Below the pieces are notes generated by a model that saw only the letters and a program-made list of their open reading frames with translations, was not told where the DNA came from and did not search any database. The position numbers and the translations under genes were made by a program. DNA of 63,996 bases, the filler included, from Dirinaria sp. TL-2023a (Eukaryota): assembly GCA_051941275.1 (NCBI GenBank). It is 4 parts of 4 records of this genome, joined end to end, with 100 filler letters (N's around TTAATTAATTAA, not from the genome) between each part and the next. Parts side by side here need not be neighbours in the genome. Positions count along the whole stretch, not along the records: positions 1 to 16,431 come from JAVEBF010000489.1; 3 more parts are not named here. The stretch is one strand, 5' to 3'. Below, one piece after another: positions 1 to 15,600 of the stretch (its first letter is position 1; every line of letters starts with the position of its first letter).

Positions 1-614
1 GTAATGAACCTGATACAACTCATAATGTTGTAGCTTCAGCATCTCCATCTCTCTTTCTCTCAATCCATCTCGTCTGTTTGACATTCTCACTCCTGAATCG
101 ACTCGTACATCTATCAGTCTCAGAAGCTAGCTAGCAGCACTTCAAGAAGACCAAGATTTGCAAAGAACACTCAAACATCTTCTAATTGTTCTACCGAACA
201 ATTCTCCTTCCATAAGCCATTTTCTTGTTCACATCTTGGATTGAAATACCAGTCTCGAGAGAAATACCACCAACACCACCATCATCAAGTCACAAGCCCT
301 ACTATTTGCAGGCGTCGAGATCCCTCAACTCTCTCATCTGAAGACGTGTCGCAGCGCTCGTCCTGTCCCCAACCTACGTATCCAAAAGCAGCAGACTATT
401 GCTCGCATAGCAACGTTGTAATAAGTATTGCCTCCTTCGACTCTGCTAATTGAGCTATAGACACGCACTGCAAAGACTCCCTCTCAAGCTTGCACCTAAC
501 GGTTCAAATTTAAATTCCCTTTGCAATTGACACAATCTGCAGTCGATATCGCTCGGACATAACCCTCTTTCTGAACGCTATATTCACTTACTCTAATTTG
601 ACTGAGCAGATAAA

Positions 615-3600
615 ATGGCAACGCTCGCGCAGAATCAAGTATTGCTGTCCAAGCAATCGAAAACGCCGAATGTCAGCATCCAACGACTTCCTTCCTCCCC
701 TGATGATACGGAACAAGTGTGGTCCTGGAATGAAACCCAGCCCGCACTTGTGTACGAGTGCGCGCATGCGCTGATCAAAAAGCAAGTAGATAGCCAGCCG
801 TATGCCCCCGCTGTATATGCGCATGACGCTTCCTTCACTTTTAGACAGCTCGATGACTTATCCAATCGCCTAGCTCACCTTTTGGTGGAACTAGGCGTAA
901 AGCCGGAGGACATTGTGCCCTTGTGCTTCGAGAAATCGGCATGGGCCATCGTGGGAATAATTGGTGTTATCAAGGCCGGAGCAGCTTTCGTCTTTATTGA
1001 CCCTTCTCATCCTGAAGACCGCAGAGAGACGATGATGAAACAAGTAGAAGCAAAGGTGGTCATCTCCTCTTTTCAGCAAGCCGTCTTATGGGAAAACACT
1101 CCGACAAAACTTATTACAGTCGACGCAGCCACAATAGAGAGGTTACCAACGCATGATGAAGCGCCCTCTACCAAGGTCACACCATCAAGTCTTTTGTACG
1201 TTATATTCACATCCGGGAGTACGGGCACTCCAAAAGGCTGTCTGATAGAGCATTCGGCTTTCTGCAGCGGATCCATTCAGCATGCGGCTAAAGCATGCAT
1301 TACATCGTCGAGCCGAGTGCTGCAACTCGCGTCATTTGTGTTCGACGTGAGCATTCTCGAAATTTTGACTTCCCTGATCTCAGGTGCATGCATATGTTTG
1401 CCGAGCACTTCAGCGATGATGTTGGGTCCCGCGCATCTTATTAATGACATGAAAATCACCTGGGCGTTCCTAACTCCGTCACTTGCCAAGATGATCAAAC
1501 CTTCCGACATTCCGGAGCTTAAAACTTTGGCGTTGGGTGGCGAGCCTCTTTCGAAAGTAGACGTCGAAACATGGGCTGGACATCTCCAGCTTATCAATGG
1601 TTATGGCCCGAGCGAATGCTCGATAGCAGCGAGCGGCAATACACATATGACGCCGGACACAGATCCGGCAAACATCGGTTGGGCAGTGGGAGGACTGTGC
1701 TGGATTGTCGATGCAGAAGACCATGACAGGCTAGTCTCGACTGGTTCCATTGGCGAGCTCCTAATCGAAGGCCCCATACTGGCTCGAGGATATCTCAAAA
1801 ATAAGGCAAAGACTGACGAAGTGTTTGTCGAAAGCCCTGCATGGGGTCCGAAGACAAAAATGGGGACGACCAGGCGCCTATACAAGACTGGCGACCTCGC
1901 AAGATTTAATCCGGACGGTTCGATACATTTTGTTGGGAGAAAGGATACCCAAGTGAAGCTGAGAGGACTGCGTATTGAGTTGGGCGACATCGAACAAAAC
2001 ATAGCAAACCATGATCACATTGAGTACAAAATGGTCATATTACCAAAAACCGGCTTTCTCAAGGATCGATTGGTAGCGATCGTGACGCTCTGCGACTTTG
2101 TCTCTGAGGAAGCTGCGACTGCGAGGTCGGAGATCCAAATGCTCCACGGAGCGGACAAAGCTAAAGCGGATCCTCGTATAGCTGCCGTTCGTGCTCATCT
2201 CGCGACCAAGGTGCCAGAGTACATGGTGCCTGAAACGTGGGTGGTACTTGAGACGTTCCCTCTTCTGCTATCAGGAAAGCTAAACCGTTCTCTGGTTCAG
2301 AAATGGATTGCTGAGGTCGATGAGGCCACATACAACGAAATCACCGGCCTCTCATCTCAGGAAGAGGAAGAGGAAGAGGAAGAGGAGGCGACAGCACTGG
2401 AAAGTCAAATCCAGGAGATTTATGCAGTTGTACTCAATATCCCTATCACACAAATCCGTCTCTCACGATCATTCCTGAGCTTAGGCGGTGATTCCATCAC
2501 TGCCATGCAAGTTATGTCTCGCTGTCGAGCTGCAGGGATCGCGATCACCGTGAAGGACCTTCTTCGCAGCAAAAGCATCAACGACCTATCCGCTTGTGCC
2601 GGTCTTGCCAAAAAATCACTGTATTCTAGGGAAGAAACCTTCGAAACGGAGTTCGAGCTCTCTCCAGTTCAGCGAATGTATTTTGACCTGGCTCCTGAAG
2701 ATACTTCTAGCTCCAAAGACATGCACTTTAATCAGAGTTTCTTCCTACGGATGACGAAGACCATATCCGAAATTGACCTGAAGGCAGCTCTGCAAACGGT
2801 TGTTGCCCACCACTCCATGCTACGAGCTCGTTTCAGTCAAAATTCGAACGGAAGATGGGTGCAAAGAGTGCTGAAAGAAGCATCAGGTGCCTACACGTTT
2901 GCAGTACACAGCGTTTCAAGCCAACAGGACGCGGCTCCTATCATGTCTGCAACGCAAAATTCTTTGGATATCAAGACAGGTCCCGTTTTTGCTGTGAATC
3001 TTTTTCAAACGAGCAATGAAGGCGATCTGTTGTTCCTCGTAGCTCACCATGTTATGATCGATCTCGTCTCCTGGAGAACCATCCTTAGGGATCTAGAAGA
3101 AGTCTTGACAACGGGGAACCTTTCCGCGGAGATACCCATACCCTTCCAGAATTGGCTTCGACTACAAGCTAAATACGAAGCCCAGCGTTCCGACCTTTCA
3201 ACTGCTCTTCCTTTTACGATTCCTGCTCCAGATTTTGGTTACTGGGGCATGCTTGGAAAGTCTAACGTAATTAGAGACACCGAGGAGCAGCGATTCCAAT
3301 TGGACAAGGTGGCAACCGCTCAGCTTCTTGGGGAAGCACCCCATGTTGCCTTGCGGACTGAGCCGTTACATCTTCTGCTGTCATCTCTGATACACTCCTT
3401 TCAAAACACGTTCTCTGATCGCCACTTGCCAGCTCTGTTCAGAGAGGGCCATGGTCGCGAACCCTGGGACGATGAAATCGATATATCTGAGACGGTCGGA
3501 TGGTTTACGACCATGTATCCTTTGTACGTTGAGCCGGAAAAGCAAGATGACATTGTGGAAATCATCAAACGTGTCAAGGACACTAGCCATATTGTTCCAG

Positions 3601-6600
3601 ACAATGGTCGACCTTATTTTGCGTCCAGGTATCTCAACGAAGCAGGTGTTCAAGCTTTTAGGGATCATGATCAGGTCGAGATTTCGTTCGATTACCTCGG
3701 ACTCTACCAGCAGCTCGAAAGGCCGGATGCGCTCCTGCAGCAGGTAGCAGGATACGAAGCTACTACTCACGATGTAGGCCCGGACGTCCCGCGCTTTGCC
3801 CTGGTTGAAATCACAGCAGAAATGATCTCCGGCCATATGCAGTTTTCTTTTGTCTTCAACCGTCACATGAAAAATCAAGCTGGCCTAAAGGCTTGGATAA
3901 GCAACTGCAAATCCTCGCTCCTTAGTGCGACCGAAAAACTCACACACTTGCAGCGCCAGTATAGTCTGGCCGACTTCCCTTTTTTGTCTTTGACCTACTC
4001 TGGGCTTGATGAGCTGCTGAGCCAAAGACTCCCACAAATCGGGGTTGATGATGTGGATGATATCGAGAGCATCTATCCTTGTTCACCCATGCAACATGGA
4101 CTGCTGATAGCCCAGAGTCGGTCTGCGAACGGCTTCTACGAATACTATCACACTATGAAGGTGGAGTCGAAGAAAGCAGGGGAACTTGTAGATGTCTACC
4201 GGCTGGGAAAAGCTTGGAAGAAGGTTGTACAACGCCATCCTTCTCTACGGACGGTGTTTATCGAGAGTGTTGGCAAGAATGGACTCTATGATCAGGTAGT
4301 CCTCAAAGCAGTCACCCCGTGTGTGCAGATCATTGATTGCACGGACGACGGAGTGGAAACGATATTTGGCAGCCAAGAACCGATTACGTTTCAGGGTAAT
4401 GAAGTGCCGCATAGGCTCACTATCTGCAAGACTTCGACTGGCGCGACTTTCTGCAAATTGGACATCAACCATGCAATTGTTGATGGATCGTCTATAGCTA
4501 ATATTCTTGGGGATCTTACATTGGCTTACGACGGCAAGATATCACCAAAGCCTGGTTTCCCTTTCGAAGCTTATATTTCGTACACATTGGAGCACCATGC
4601 AACTTCGACTCTGGGCTTTTGGCAGGAACACCTTGCGGGAGTCAAGCCCTGCATTTTCCCCGCCATGGCATATCTGGAGGATGCAGCTGAGCCAGAAAAG
4701 CAGCTCAAAATCGCCAACGTCGATATTGAAATCTCTCCTGCGGCGCTGACTGCTTTCTGTGCAAATCACAATGTGACCGTGGTCAACCTCTTCCAACTGG
4801 CTTGGGCCATAGTCCTTCGAGCATACACCGAAACTGAGGATGTATGTTTCGGCTATTTGTCTACTGGAAGAGATGCGCCTCTGAATGGTATCGAGGAAGG
4901 GGTGGGAGCCTTCATCACGATGCTGATATGCCGCCTAAACTTTAATAGCGTCCTTCCACTGGATGCGGTTCTGGACAAAGTTGCCGAAGATTTCACCAGG
5001 AGCCTACCAAATCAATACTGCGATCTTGCAAGTATTCAACATTCGCTAGATCTGGCTGGTCAGCCATTATTCAATACCATCATGTCGTTTCACAAGGATG
5101 GAAATACGGACGCACTGGAAGACTCAAGCATTACGGTTGAGGGCCTTCATGGACACGATCCTACTGAGGTAGATAACCCTGTTCCACCATCTGGCGCCTT
5201 ACTTACTGTCTAATAGTACGCTTTGTCAGTTGATGTGGGACTTGCTGAGAATAAAGTAGAGGTCATGCTCGGCTACTGGACCTCAGAATTTACGGATCGA
5301 CAGGTCGCTAACATAAGCAGTACCTTTACAAAAGCTCTTGAATGCATTATTCAGCAATCAGCAACTCCAGTCAAAGAGATCGATATTGTCAGCGGCGATC
5401 ATTTGAGTCAAATGGAAGCTTTCAATGCAAACAACTCACAGAAAATCGACAGGTGTATTCACGACATATTTCGGGAACAAGTCGAAGCAAATCCAGACGA
5501 AGAAGCTATCTGCTCATGGGAGGGAAGCTGGTCCTATCAGGACCTTGACAAAGCTTCCACACGCTTGGCGCAGCACATTGTAAGTCTTGGAGCTGGACCT
5601 GAAACAATCATTCCGTACTGCTTCCCGAAGTCAGCTTGGGCTATTATCTCAATGATGGCTATTCTCAAAGCAGGCGCGGCTGGAGTTGCACTCGATCCGG
5701 GCCACCCAGTAAACCGTCTCAAAGGACTAGCAGAGGAGGTTGATGCCTCTATAGTTTTGGCAGCTCCACAGACAGCCCACTTGTTCTCAACTTTCAGCAA
5801 AGTTCGAAATGTCGTCGTTGTAGAAGATTCTTTCGTGAAAAGCCTTCCGTTGGCCGATGGTCCTGCTTCTATCGCTGTGCGGCCAAATAACGCTGCATTC
5901 GTCGTCTTCACCTCTGGCACTACGGGGAAACCGAAGGGCATCGTTCTCGAACACTCTGCACTGTGTACAGACGCTGCTGCTATGGGCCCAATGCTTAATA
6001 TCGGTCCTGGGGTGCGGATGGCGCAATTCGCGGCCTACACCTTTGATGTTTCACTTCAAGATATCGTGACCACCCTGCAGCGCGGTGGCACTATTTGCGT
6101 CATATCCGATCATCAAAAAATGAACAACCTACCAGAGGGAATCAACTCAACGCGAGCAAATTGGGCCGATGTTACAAGTACTGTGGCCGGTCTGCTACGA
6201 CCTGAAGATGTACCGACTCTTACACGATTAAACACTGGCGGCGAACCTCTGACACGAGAAGTCGTGGATATCTGGGCAGAACATGTTGACCTGTACAATC
6301 TATATGGACCTGCGGAAACGACGATTAATCACACCTGCAGTACTCGCCGTACGAAGAGCTCATGTGCGAGTAATATTGGGAAGTCGTACGGCGCTGCTGT
6401 ATGGATTGTGGAGGAGCACGATTCAGACCGCTTGGTACCTCTGGGTTGTATTGGCGAGCTTCTCATCGAAGGTCCACTTCTGGCGAGACACTATCTCAAT
6501 GAACCCGAGAAAACCAAGGCTGCCTTCATTGAAAACCCGAAATGGGTTAGAAATCAGCCTGCTTCCCAACCTCGCAGATTCTACAAGAGCGGAGACCTGT

Positions 6601-9600
6601 GCTCCTTCAACACCGATGGCTCACTCAACATCGTGGGACGCCGAGATGGTCAAATTAAGATCAACGGCCAACGCGTGGAACTTGATGAAATAATGTTCCA
6701 GGTCCAGTCCAGATTATCAAGCGAGCAACAAGCTATTATCGATGCAATGGACATTGAAGAGCATGCCAGAAGCAAGACTCTGATCTCATACATATATGCA
6801 CCAGGATATGCACAACATGCAGATAATGGAGCTGATATCTCAATTCCAATATCCGATATGATGGCGCTTGAATTCAAAGCACTTCAGAATTCTTTAGCGG
6901 AGTCGCTCCCACGTTACATGATTCCGTCAATGTACATTCCAATATCAAGAGTACCAATGACCAAATCTGCAAAGATGGACAGGGACCTACTTCGAAAGAT
7001 GGTATCCGGCTTGCCTAAAGAACAGCTTTCGCATTACATGCTTCTTAACGCGAAGACTCTGCCACCAAGCACTAATATGGAGTTAAAACTACAATCTCTG
7101 TGGAGCCGCATTCTGGGCGTCGAAGCCAAAGCTATTGGAGCCAATGACAACTTCTTTAGCCTGGGAGGCGATTCAGTCGGAGCGATGAAGCTCGTAGCAG
7201 CAGCGCGAGCAGAGAAGATCACTATTGCTGTCGCCAACATCTTCGCCTCACCCGTGCTTTCAGAAATGGCAACTGTTGCTAAAGCAACTTCAAGCGACGT
7301 TGATGCAACTTCGTCGGTATCTCGTAGTCTTTCAGAAGCATTCGTTGATAATTTAGACGGTATTTTTGAGGAAGCTTCAGCACAATGTGGTATCGATAAA
7401 TCTGCCATTCAAAATTGTTACCCTACGACGCCACTTCAAGAAGGCCTCATGGCGCTATCGATGAGAAATACGGGTGCTTATCTCGCTCAGAAAGTTTTCC
7501 ATATGCCGTCGGGAGGGTTCGACGTACAACGATTTCAAAAGGCCTGGGAGAGGATCATACAAACGGAAGACATCCTGAGAACCAGGATTGTGCACACAAA
7601 AAGCTCAGGATCGGTCCAAGTCATACTCAATACTACTACGGCCTGGGAATCTGCCACGGACTTGGAGTCCTATCTCGCTGCGGACCTAAACATATCCGTA
7701 CAATATGGAGGGCCACTCATGCGGTTAGCCATTGTAGAAGACTCAAAGGGGCCGAGCTACTTTGTTTGGACTGCCCATCATGCTGTCTACGATGGCTGGA
7801 CAGTAAACCTGCTCTTCGAGAAGGTTGCCAAGATGTATAGCGATGGAACTAAATTGCACACGGTGCCCTACCAGAATTTTATCGATTACGTGTCCAAAGT
7901 CGACTCTAAAGCATCGGAGGTATTCTGGCGAGCACAGTTTGCGACTAAAGAAGGCCAACCAACCGGATTTCCAACTGTGCCGAAGGGTTATCAAGCTTCA
8001 TCGAAGCAAACACTAACTCACTCCGCACACGTTTCGAGGCCCAAGAACTCGACTGTTACTGTTCCGACAGTGCTTAGAGCAGCATGGACTACGGTTATTG
8101 CCACTTATTCCGATTCAAGAGACGTAGTGTTCGGTACTACACTCTCTGGTAGGAACGTCCCAGTCGATGATATTGATCAAATGATGGGCCCTACAATTAC
8201 GACTGTCCCTGTCAGGATTGCGTTGCCTGAGGGTAACGTGTTGATCGAGAAATATCTTGAAAATGTCCAGCATCAAGCTACTACTATGATGCCTTACGAA
8301 CAGGTTGGACTACAGAATCTGCGTCATATCAGCCCAGAAGCGCAGAGTGCCATAGACCAGATCCAGACGCTTCTAGTTGTACAGCCAGCGGAGGCGTCTG
8401 AGGATGTCCCCTCTTTCCTTGACATGGAAGCGATCCCCACACCATCCAAATTATTCGATACCTATGCATTGACCATTGAGTGCTCAATGGCAAAACAAGG
8501 AGCTCTTAGTATTACAGCTCGATATGACGAGTCAATTATCCCTCCTGGACAAATGAAGAGGATGCTTCAGCAGTTCGAACATGTTATAAAGCAGTTCTGC
8601 GAATTTCCTAGAAGAGCTCTCGGCCAATCAGAACTCCTAAACCCTCAAGATCTACAGGACATCACAAAGTGGAATGGAGATCTTCCTCAAGGTGTAGATG
8701 CCATCATCCAGGACCAAATTGCCAAGCAGATTGCGCAACGTCCCGATGCTCCAGCAGTCTGTGCATGGGATGGAAACCTTACTTTCCGCGAACTTGACAA
8801 ACTATCTACTGCATTAGCAAACCATCTCGTCGCACTTGGTACAGCACCAGAAGTGAAGGTGGGACTTTGTTTTGACAAGTCTAAGTGGAATATCGTTTCC
8901 ATGTTTGCGATTCTCAAAGCTGGTGGCATCTGTGTTCAGCTACTTCCCACCTACCCCACGCCACGCATTCTCTCTATTCTTGAAGATATCGAAGCTTCTG
9001 TGGTTCTGGTAGCTCCTCAGCATTCCAGCTTATTCAGCGGCCTTGTAGATAATGTCGTGGCTGTCGAAGAAAGTTTGTTCCGCTTGCTTCCGTCGGGAAC
9101 AGATCTTCCAGTTGTCTCCGATGTCAGACCCGAGAATGCGGCGTTCATCGTTTTTACCTCTGGCTCGACAGGAAAACCCAAGGGAGTGATGATCGAGCAT
9201 CGTGGCTTCTGTACTATGACACATTACCAGAGCCCGGCAATTAATCTGGGGCCTCAAGCACGTGTGCTTCAGTTCGCCTCGCACGCTTTCGATATTTGTC
9301 TCTTCGAAAGTTTCGCCACATTAATTTGTGGTGGCTGCGTTTGTATTCCATCAGAGGCGCAGAGATTGAACGATCTCGCAGGCGCCATTAATAAGCTCGA
9401 TGCGAATTGGCTAATCATGGTATCGACTGTCGCAGATACGTTCCGTCCAGAAGAGGTACCTGGAGTGAAAGATGTTGTTCTTGGAGGCGAGCCGTTACGA
9501 TCTGATATTCACGCCCGATGGGCTGAATCGGTCAACCTGATTAACGACTATGGTCCAGCAGAGTGTTCCATCCTGGCTGTCATGACGGCGTCTAAAGCGA

Positions 9601-12600
9601 ACACACCCCCGTCAATGATTGGGAGAGGGCTTGGTTGTCGCACATGGGTTACTCATAAAGATGATCATAACATTCTGATGCCAATTGGTTGCGCTGGTGA
9701 GCTTCTTGTGGAAGGACCTCTCGTCGCTCGCGGATATTTGAAAGATATAGTCAAGACTGAAGCTGCTTATATTGGTGCTCCAGTCTGGGCAAAGCATATC
9801 AAGCCGGAGCCTGCACGTTTATATAAGACTGGAGACTTGGTACGCTACGATGAGGAAGGAAATCTTTTTTGCATTGGTCGGAAAGATACACAGATTAAGA
9901 TTCGTGGGCTGCGTGTTGAGCTTGGGGAGATAGAGCACAACATCAAGACCAGCGGTTTTCCCACGAAGCATTTCGCAGTCGAAAGGATTTTGCAACAGGG
10001 CGACATCGAGAAGCCAGCGCTTGCAGCCTTTATCATCCCTGAAAGCGACGATAGTGAACTTTCAAACAGGAGCAGTGCGCACAATGTCCTGCCAATATCA
10101 GTGACTTTCAATACGAAGCTTGTGCAACTTCGAGACCGTCTTAGCGAGTCTTTGCAATCCTACATGGTGCCGACACTCTATGTACTCCTTGAGAGGATGC
10201 CGGAGACGCAAACAGGAAAAATTGATAGAAAAACCTTACGTAAGGTTGGTGCTGACCTTTCGATTCTACAATTAGAAGAGTGTTCGCTTTCAGATACTGA
10301 AGCTGCCCTCGCTCGGAGAATCCCAACATCAGAGCAGGAGAAAGTTTTGCAGAGAGTGTGGGCCGAAGTTCTCGACATGGCTAAGGACTCGATTAGTGCA
10401 GATGATAGCTTCTTCAAGAAAGGAGGGGATTCTGTCAGAGCTATGCGTTTGGCAGCTGCAGCAAGAAGAGCCGGCCTCAATATCACAGTAGCCAACATTT
10501 TCGAGAACCCGTTACTTTCTGATATGGCTCTCGCAGTGGGAGAGACTCCAGCTGAGATTATCATTGTTGACCTCGAACCATTTTCTTTGGCTTTGATTGA
10601 AGGTAGCGAAGACCTTAGTGTCCTGGTCAAAAATGCTGCAGCGCAATGTGGGGTCGAAGACAGCAGCATCGAGGACATCTATCCTTGCACGCCCCTCCAG
10701 GAAGGTATGATCACTCTCAGTCTCCAGAATGACACCGCCTACATGGCGCAGAGACTCTTCGCGCTACCTAAAGAAACGGATATAGAACGATTCAAGGATG
10801 CATGGCGTCAAGTGGTCGCTTTGCATCCCATCTTGCGTACCAGGATCGTACCGGCCAAAAACTCAGGTGCTTTACAGGTTGTCATCAATGAAGAGATCTT
10901 ATGGCAGCGGCCAGAGTCACTGAATACGTATCTCGAGAAAGACAAAGCTACTCCAATAGGCTACGGAAGCCCGCTTGTCCGCTTTGCTATGGATCCTGAG
11001 CAGCATCACTTTATCTGGACAGCACATCACGCACTCTATGACGGCTTCAGTGCTAACGTAATATTCAACCAGGTCGAGCAAATTTACAACGGCAACTGCA
11101 TCCAGAAACCAGTGCCGTATACCAGGTTCATTAAACATATCACTGATGTGGATGCCAGTGCCTCAAGCTCATTCTGGAAGTCTCAACTTGGAGGTGGGGC
11201 TCCAACAAGCTTCCCGCAACCACCAAGCACGACATACCAGCCTCATCCGGATATGGAATTAAAACGCTCGATCAAGGTTAATCGAGAGAACACTTCAGGC
11301 ATAATGCTGTCTACAATACTACGTGCGGCTTGGGCACTTGTCACCGCACAATACATGGATTCTGATGATGTCGTGTTTGGCACAACGCTCTCAGGTCGTA
11401 ATGCCTCAGTCCGGGGGATCGAGGATATTGTTGCACCTACCATAACCACTGTACCAGTGCGCGTGCAATTGGACAGAACACAACAACTTTCGGAATACCT
11501 GGCCGAGATTCAACACAGAGCAGCCGAAATGATCCCCTATGAGCACACCGGCATACAATATATCTACAGATTAGGATCTGAAGTACAGGCTGCGCTTGCT
11601 CTTAAGAATCTGTTCGTCGTACAGCAGCAGATCGGCAAAACAGCAAACAATGGGTTCCTGCCCGAGGTTCAAGATCCCTCATTGCTACAAGGCTTCCATA
11701 CTTATGCATTAGTGATGGAGTGCGTGATTACTGACGACGAGAGTATTGAGCTTCAGGCCCAATTTGACACAGCAGTGCTCTCTGAGCAACAAATGGCAAG
11801 ACTTCTGACCCAGTTCGAGCACGTCATCATGCAACTCGGCTTGGAGACATCAAACAAAATTGTAGGGGACGTCAAGCTTTTTGGCGACAACGATTTGCAG
11901 CAAATACTGGAATGGAACAACTCCGTGGAATTGGAAGTTGTAAATGATTGTGTACACAACATCTTCAAAGGTCAGGTTGCCCTCCGACCCAACGCAGAAG
12001 CCGTATGTGCATGGGACGGAAGTTTGACCTATGCTCAGCTCGACAAGCTATCTGATAAATTGGCTTCCTGCCTTGTCAGGAAGGGGGTTCAGCCAGAAGT
12101 TCTTGTCCCGCTGTGCTTTGATAAGTCAGTATGGACGGTTGTGACTATGCTGGCCGTGCTCAAAGCCGGTGGTGCTTGTGTGCACCTCGGCGCTACGCAG
12201 CCAATTGCGCGGTTGGCACAAATCATTTCCGACACCAAAGCGAGAGTCCTTCTGGCAGACCCACAGCACAGCGAGATGTTCCATGGTCTTGTGGAAGTCC
12301 TAACTATTGAGCCATCGTTTTTGGAGAGCCTTTCAATGACGGGCACGCTACCAATCGTTCAGCCTACTAACCCAGCCTTTGTTCTTTTCACGTCCGGCTC
12401 GACTGGGAAGCCTAAAGGAATTGTTGTCGAACATGGCTCCCTCTGCACGAGCTCAAAAGCTCATGGTACTAATCGCAAAGTTGGACCTAATACAAGACTT
12501 CTGCAATTCGCGGCTTACACATTCGACGTGTCCGTGGCAGATATTTTCACCACACTTCAACGAGGAGGTTGCATATGCGTTCCTTCAGAAGACGAGCGTA

Positions 12601-15600
12601 CAAACGACCTAGCTGGTGCCATAAACAGGATGAACGTCAATTATGGCTTCTTGACTCCTACCGTGGCTGGGCTGCTAAACCCCCAGGACGTTCCCGGCCT
12701 AAGAAGACTCATCCTCGGTGGAGAGATGCTTACGCAAGACAACATCCAAACCTGGGCTCCTGTTGTCGATCTTATCATCAGCTATGGCATGGCGGAATGC
12801 AGTATACATTGCGTGGATGCAGTTCCGTTGACTGTGCAAAGCAACCCAGCCAACTTGGGACACTCTTCGGGATGCTTGATGTGGATAGTGGAAAAGGATA
12901 ACCATAATAAGCTCGCACCAATCGGCTGTGTGGGCGAATTGGTCATTGAAGGGCGAATGGTTGCGAGAGGATATCTTAATGACAAAGCTAAGACAGATGC
13001 AGCATTCATCGAAGATGCTGCGTGGGCGTTGCCCGGCCCAAGGCCCCGCCGTATGTACAAAACCGGGGATCTTGCGAAATACGGCGATGCCGGCGAAATC
13101 TGTTACGTGAGTAGGAAGGATTTCCAGGTGAAACACCACGGTCAAAGGATTGAGCTGGGCGAGATAGAACATCATCTTCTGGTGGACAGCCAGGTGAAAC
13201 ATGCTGTTGTATTGCTCGCGAAGACCGGTTACAGTCAGAACCGTCTAGTTGGAATTCTTTCGCTCCATGCGTCTGCTGCGCCTGCGGGTCCGGTCCGAGA
13301 AATCCAACTAGTCGACGGCCTCCAGAAAGGGATCGCAGAGCTCCAGCTGGCTTCAATTCGCAGTTCTTTGGCAGCAAAAGTGCCTGATTACATGGTACCT
13401 GCAATATGGATGGTCGTTCAAGCGATCCCACTAACCGCCAATGGAAAGATGGACAGAGTTCGCACGCGGCAGTGGCTCGAAGAGATGGATGAAAAGACTT
13501 TCGAGACAGTCATGAATGGAGACGAGCAGTTCGATACGGCGGTTGCGGCAACGCAAGAGGAAAAGCGCTTGCAAGAGATGCTGAGCCAAGTCCTCAATTT
13601 ACCTACTATCAGTCTAAACAGGTCCTTCCTTGATCTAGGTGGCGACTCTATTGGAGCCATGCAACTCAAAGCCAAATGTCATGCCGAAGACATTGAGCTT
13701 ACTGTTCGAGATATCTTGCTCTGCAGTTCCATTTCTGAGCTAGCACTCAAAGCGCGATTTGGCACGACTAATGGCCCTGATGCCGATGAGATGGACACTT
13801 CGTTCGTACTATCATCTTTCCAGGAGAACTATCTTCAAGATATTGCTTTCGCAGATGAGCATCAAAATGGCCTGCACCAAGTCCACGGCAATTGCTCGCT
13901 CCTCCAACTAGCAGCAATCACAAACGTACAGAAGATAGCAAGAGCAACCGAAGCTGTCGTTCATCGGCATCCAATGCTCAGAGCCAGGTTCTCCTTTGAT
14001 GATGAGAGCGGTTGGACGCAGAAGATTACGGCTGACGTTTCAGGATCGTATAGTTTCAAAGCACATTCTGTCGCGAGCCTAGACGAGATACTCTATGATA
14101 GCCAAGCGCCATTGAACGTCCAGACAGGCCCGTTGTTTGCTGCGCACCTGGCTGTTATTGAACAGAGCGAAGAAGTCAAGCAGCAGTACCTTTTCATATC
14201 TGTTCACCCTCTAGTCGCTGACAAAACTTCTCTAAAAGTAATCACGGATGATCTGGGGAGACTCCTCGATTCGAAGTCAATGTTGACGCAGAAACCGCCG
14301 CAATTTCAAGCATGGATTCGGTCGGTTGAGTGCCCTACTGGAATGCAAGAAGCGGCAATATCTCCTCAAACTCCCATCATCTCGGTATCCGACTACTGGG
14401 GGATGGATGGCCTAGTCAACAGTTCGGAGGACGCCATTGTACAGTCCCTTATTCTGGATGCCGAGACTACCGCCCTCTTGCTCGGTCCTAGCAACAAAGC
14501 CTTGCGAACAGACACAACTGATATACTTCTCTCTGGATTGCTATCCTCGTTTAGCACCGCTTTTGATGATCGAGCGGCACCAACGGTCCTCTGTACCGAT
14601 CAAAGCAGGAAATCATCGGATGCGAATCAATGGTCAGGAACCGTTGGGTGTTTCACCACCGCTTATTCATTGAATGCGCTTGAAGCCGCCGACATTATCG
14701 AGCTTGTCGGCAAGGTCAAGGATTCTCGCATCCGAGCGTCATACACCCAGAATTCGCGTCACTCAGGTCTGAATTCTCATATTCAAACTGCGTCTTCAAT
14801 GGAGGGCAAAATTCCCTCTGGCCGTGTGCACCTGGAAATCCTCTTCGACTACCGTGGTCAAGTCCCAGGTATAAGGCACAGTAGTATTCTGCTTGAAGAG
14901 CAATCTCTCCTTCAGGACCAATTAGTCGGAAAATCTAGGAGGAGATCAGCGCTCATAGAAGTGTCCGCAGAAGTTGTCGATCGGAACATGAAGCTTACGT
15001 TCACTTATAACGCTCAAATGTATCACCAAGGCCAAATCAACCAATGGATCCAAGGGACCGAAGCTACTATGCAACAAGTTGCCAAGCAAATGCAGAAACT
15101 TCCTGTCAAAAACACATTGACCGATTTTCCACTTCTCCCAATGGACTACTCTCAACTAGCAAATTTGGAAACCACGCTTTCAACCATCGGTGCAGAGCCA
15201 GCAAACATTGCAGCAGTCGTTCCATGCTCACCCATTCAATACCGCATGCTACAAAGCCAAAGGCGGACGCCCGGCACATACCAATCAGATACTTGGCACA
15301 TAGTAAAGCCATCGTCTGAATCCCAAACAATCGATGTGCAGAAGCTGCAAGCGGCTTGGAAAGCGGTCATTGATTGCCACGAAGCCTTGCGTACGATATT
15401 TATACCGAGTGTTATCCGACACGAAGAATTTGACCAAGTCGTGCTCAAAGACCGACGCGCAAATGTCCAAATCATCGCGTGCGATGAATCCACAATCGAA
15501 GCAACTGCCGAAAACCACCACGCTGTCAATTACGGTGCAGCGCAGCCCCACAGCGGATTCACCATATTCCAAGGCTCCGAAGGAAGCGTATACTGCAAGC

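Noticed and set aside
2361..2388. GAA/GAG run encoding poly-Glu in the NRPS
   Set aside because: In-frame microsatellite in the A1-T1 linker; no evidence of function.
5169..5222. Stop between the 1532-aa and 3754-aa ORFs suggesting two NRPS genes or a pseudogene
   Set aside because: The TAA lies inside a canonical 48-nt phase-0 intron that restores the DPTEY motif.
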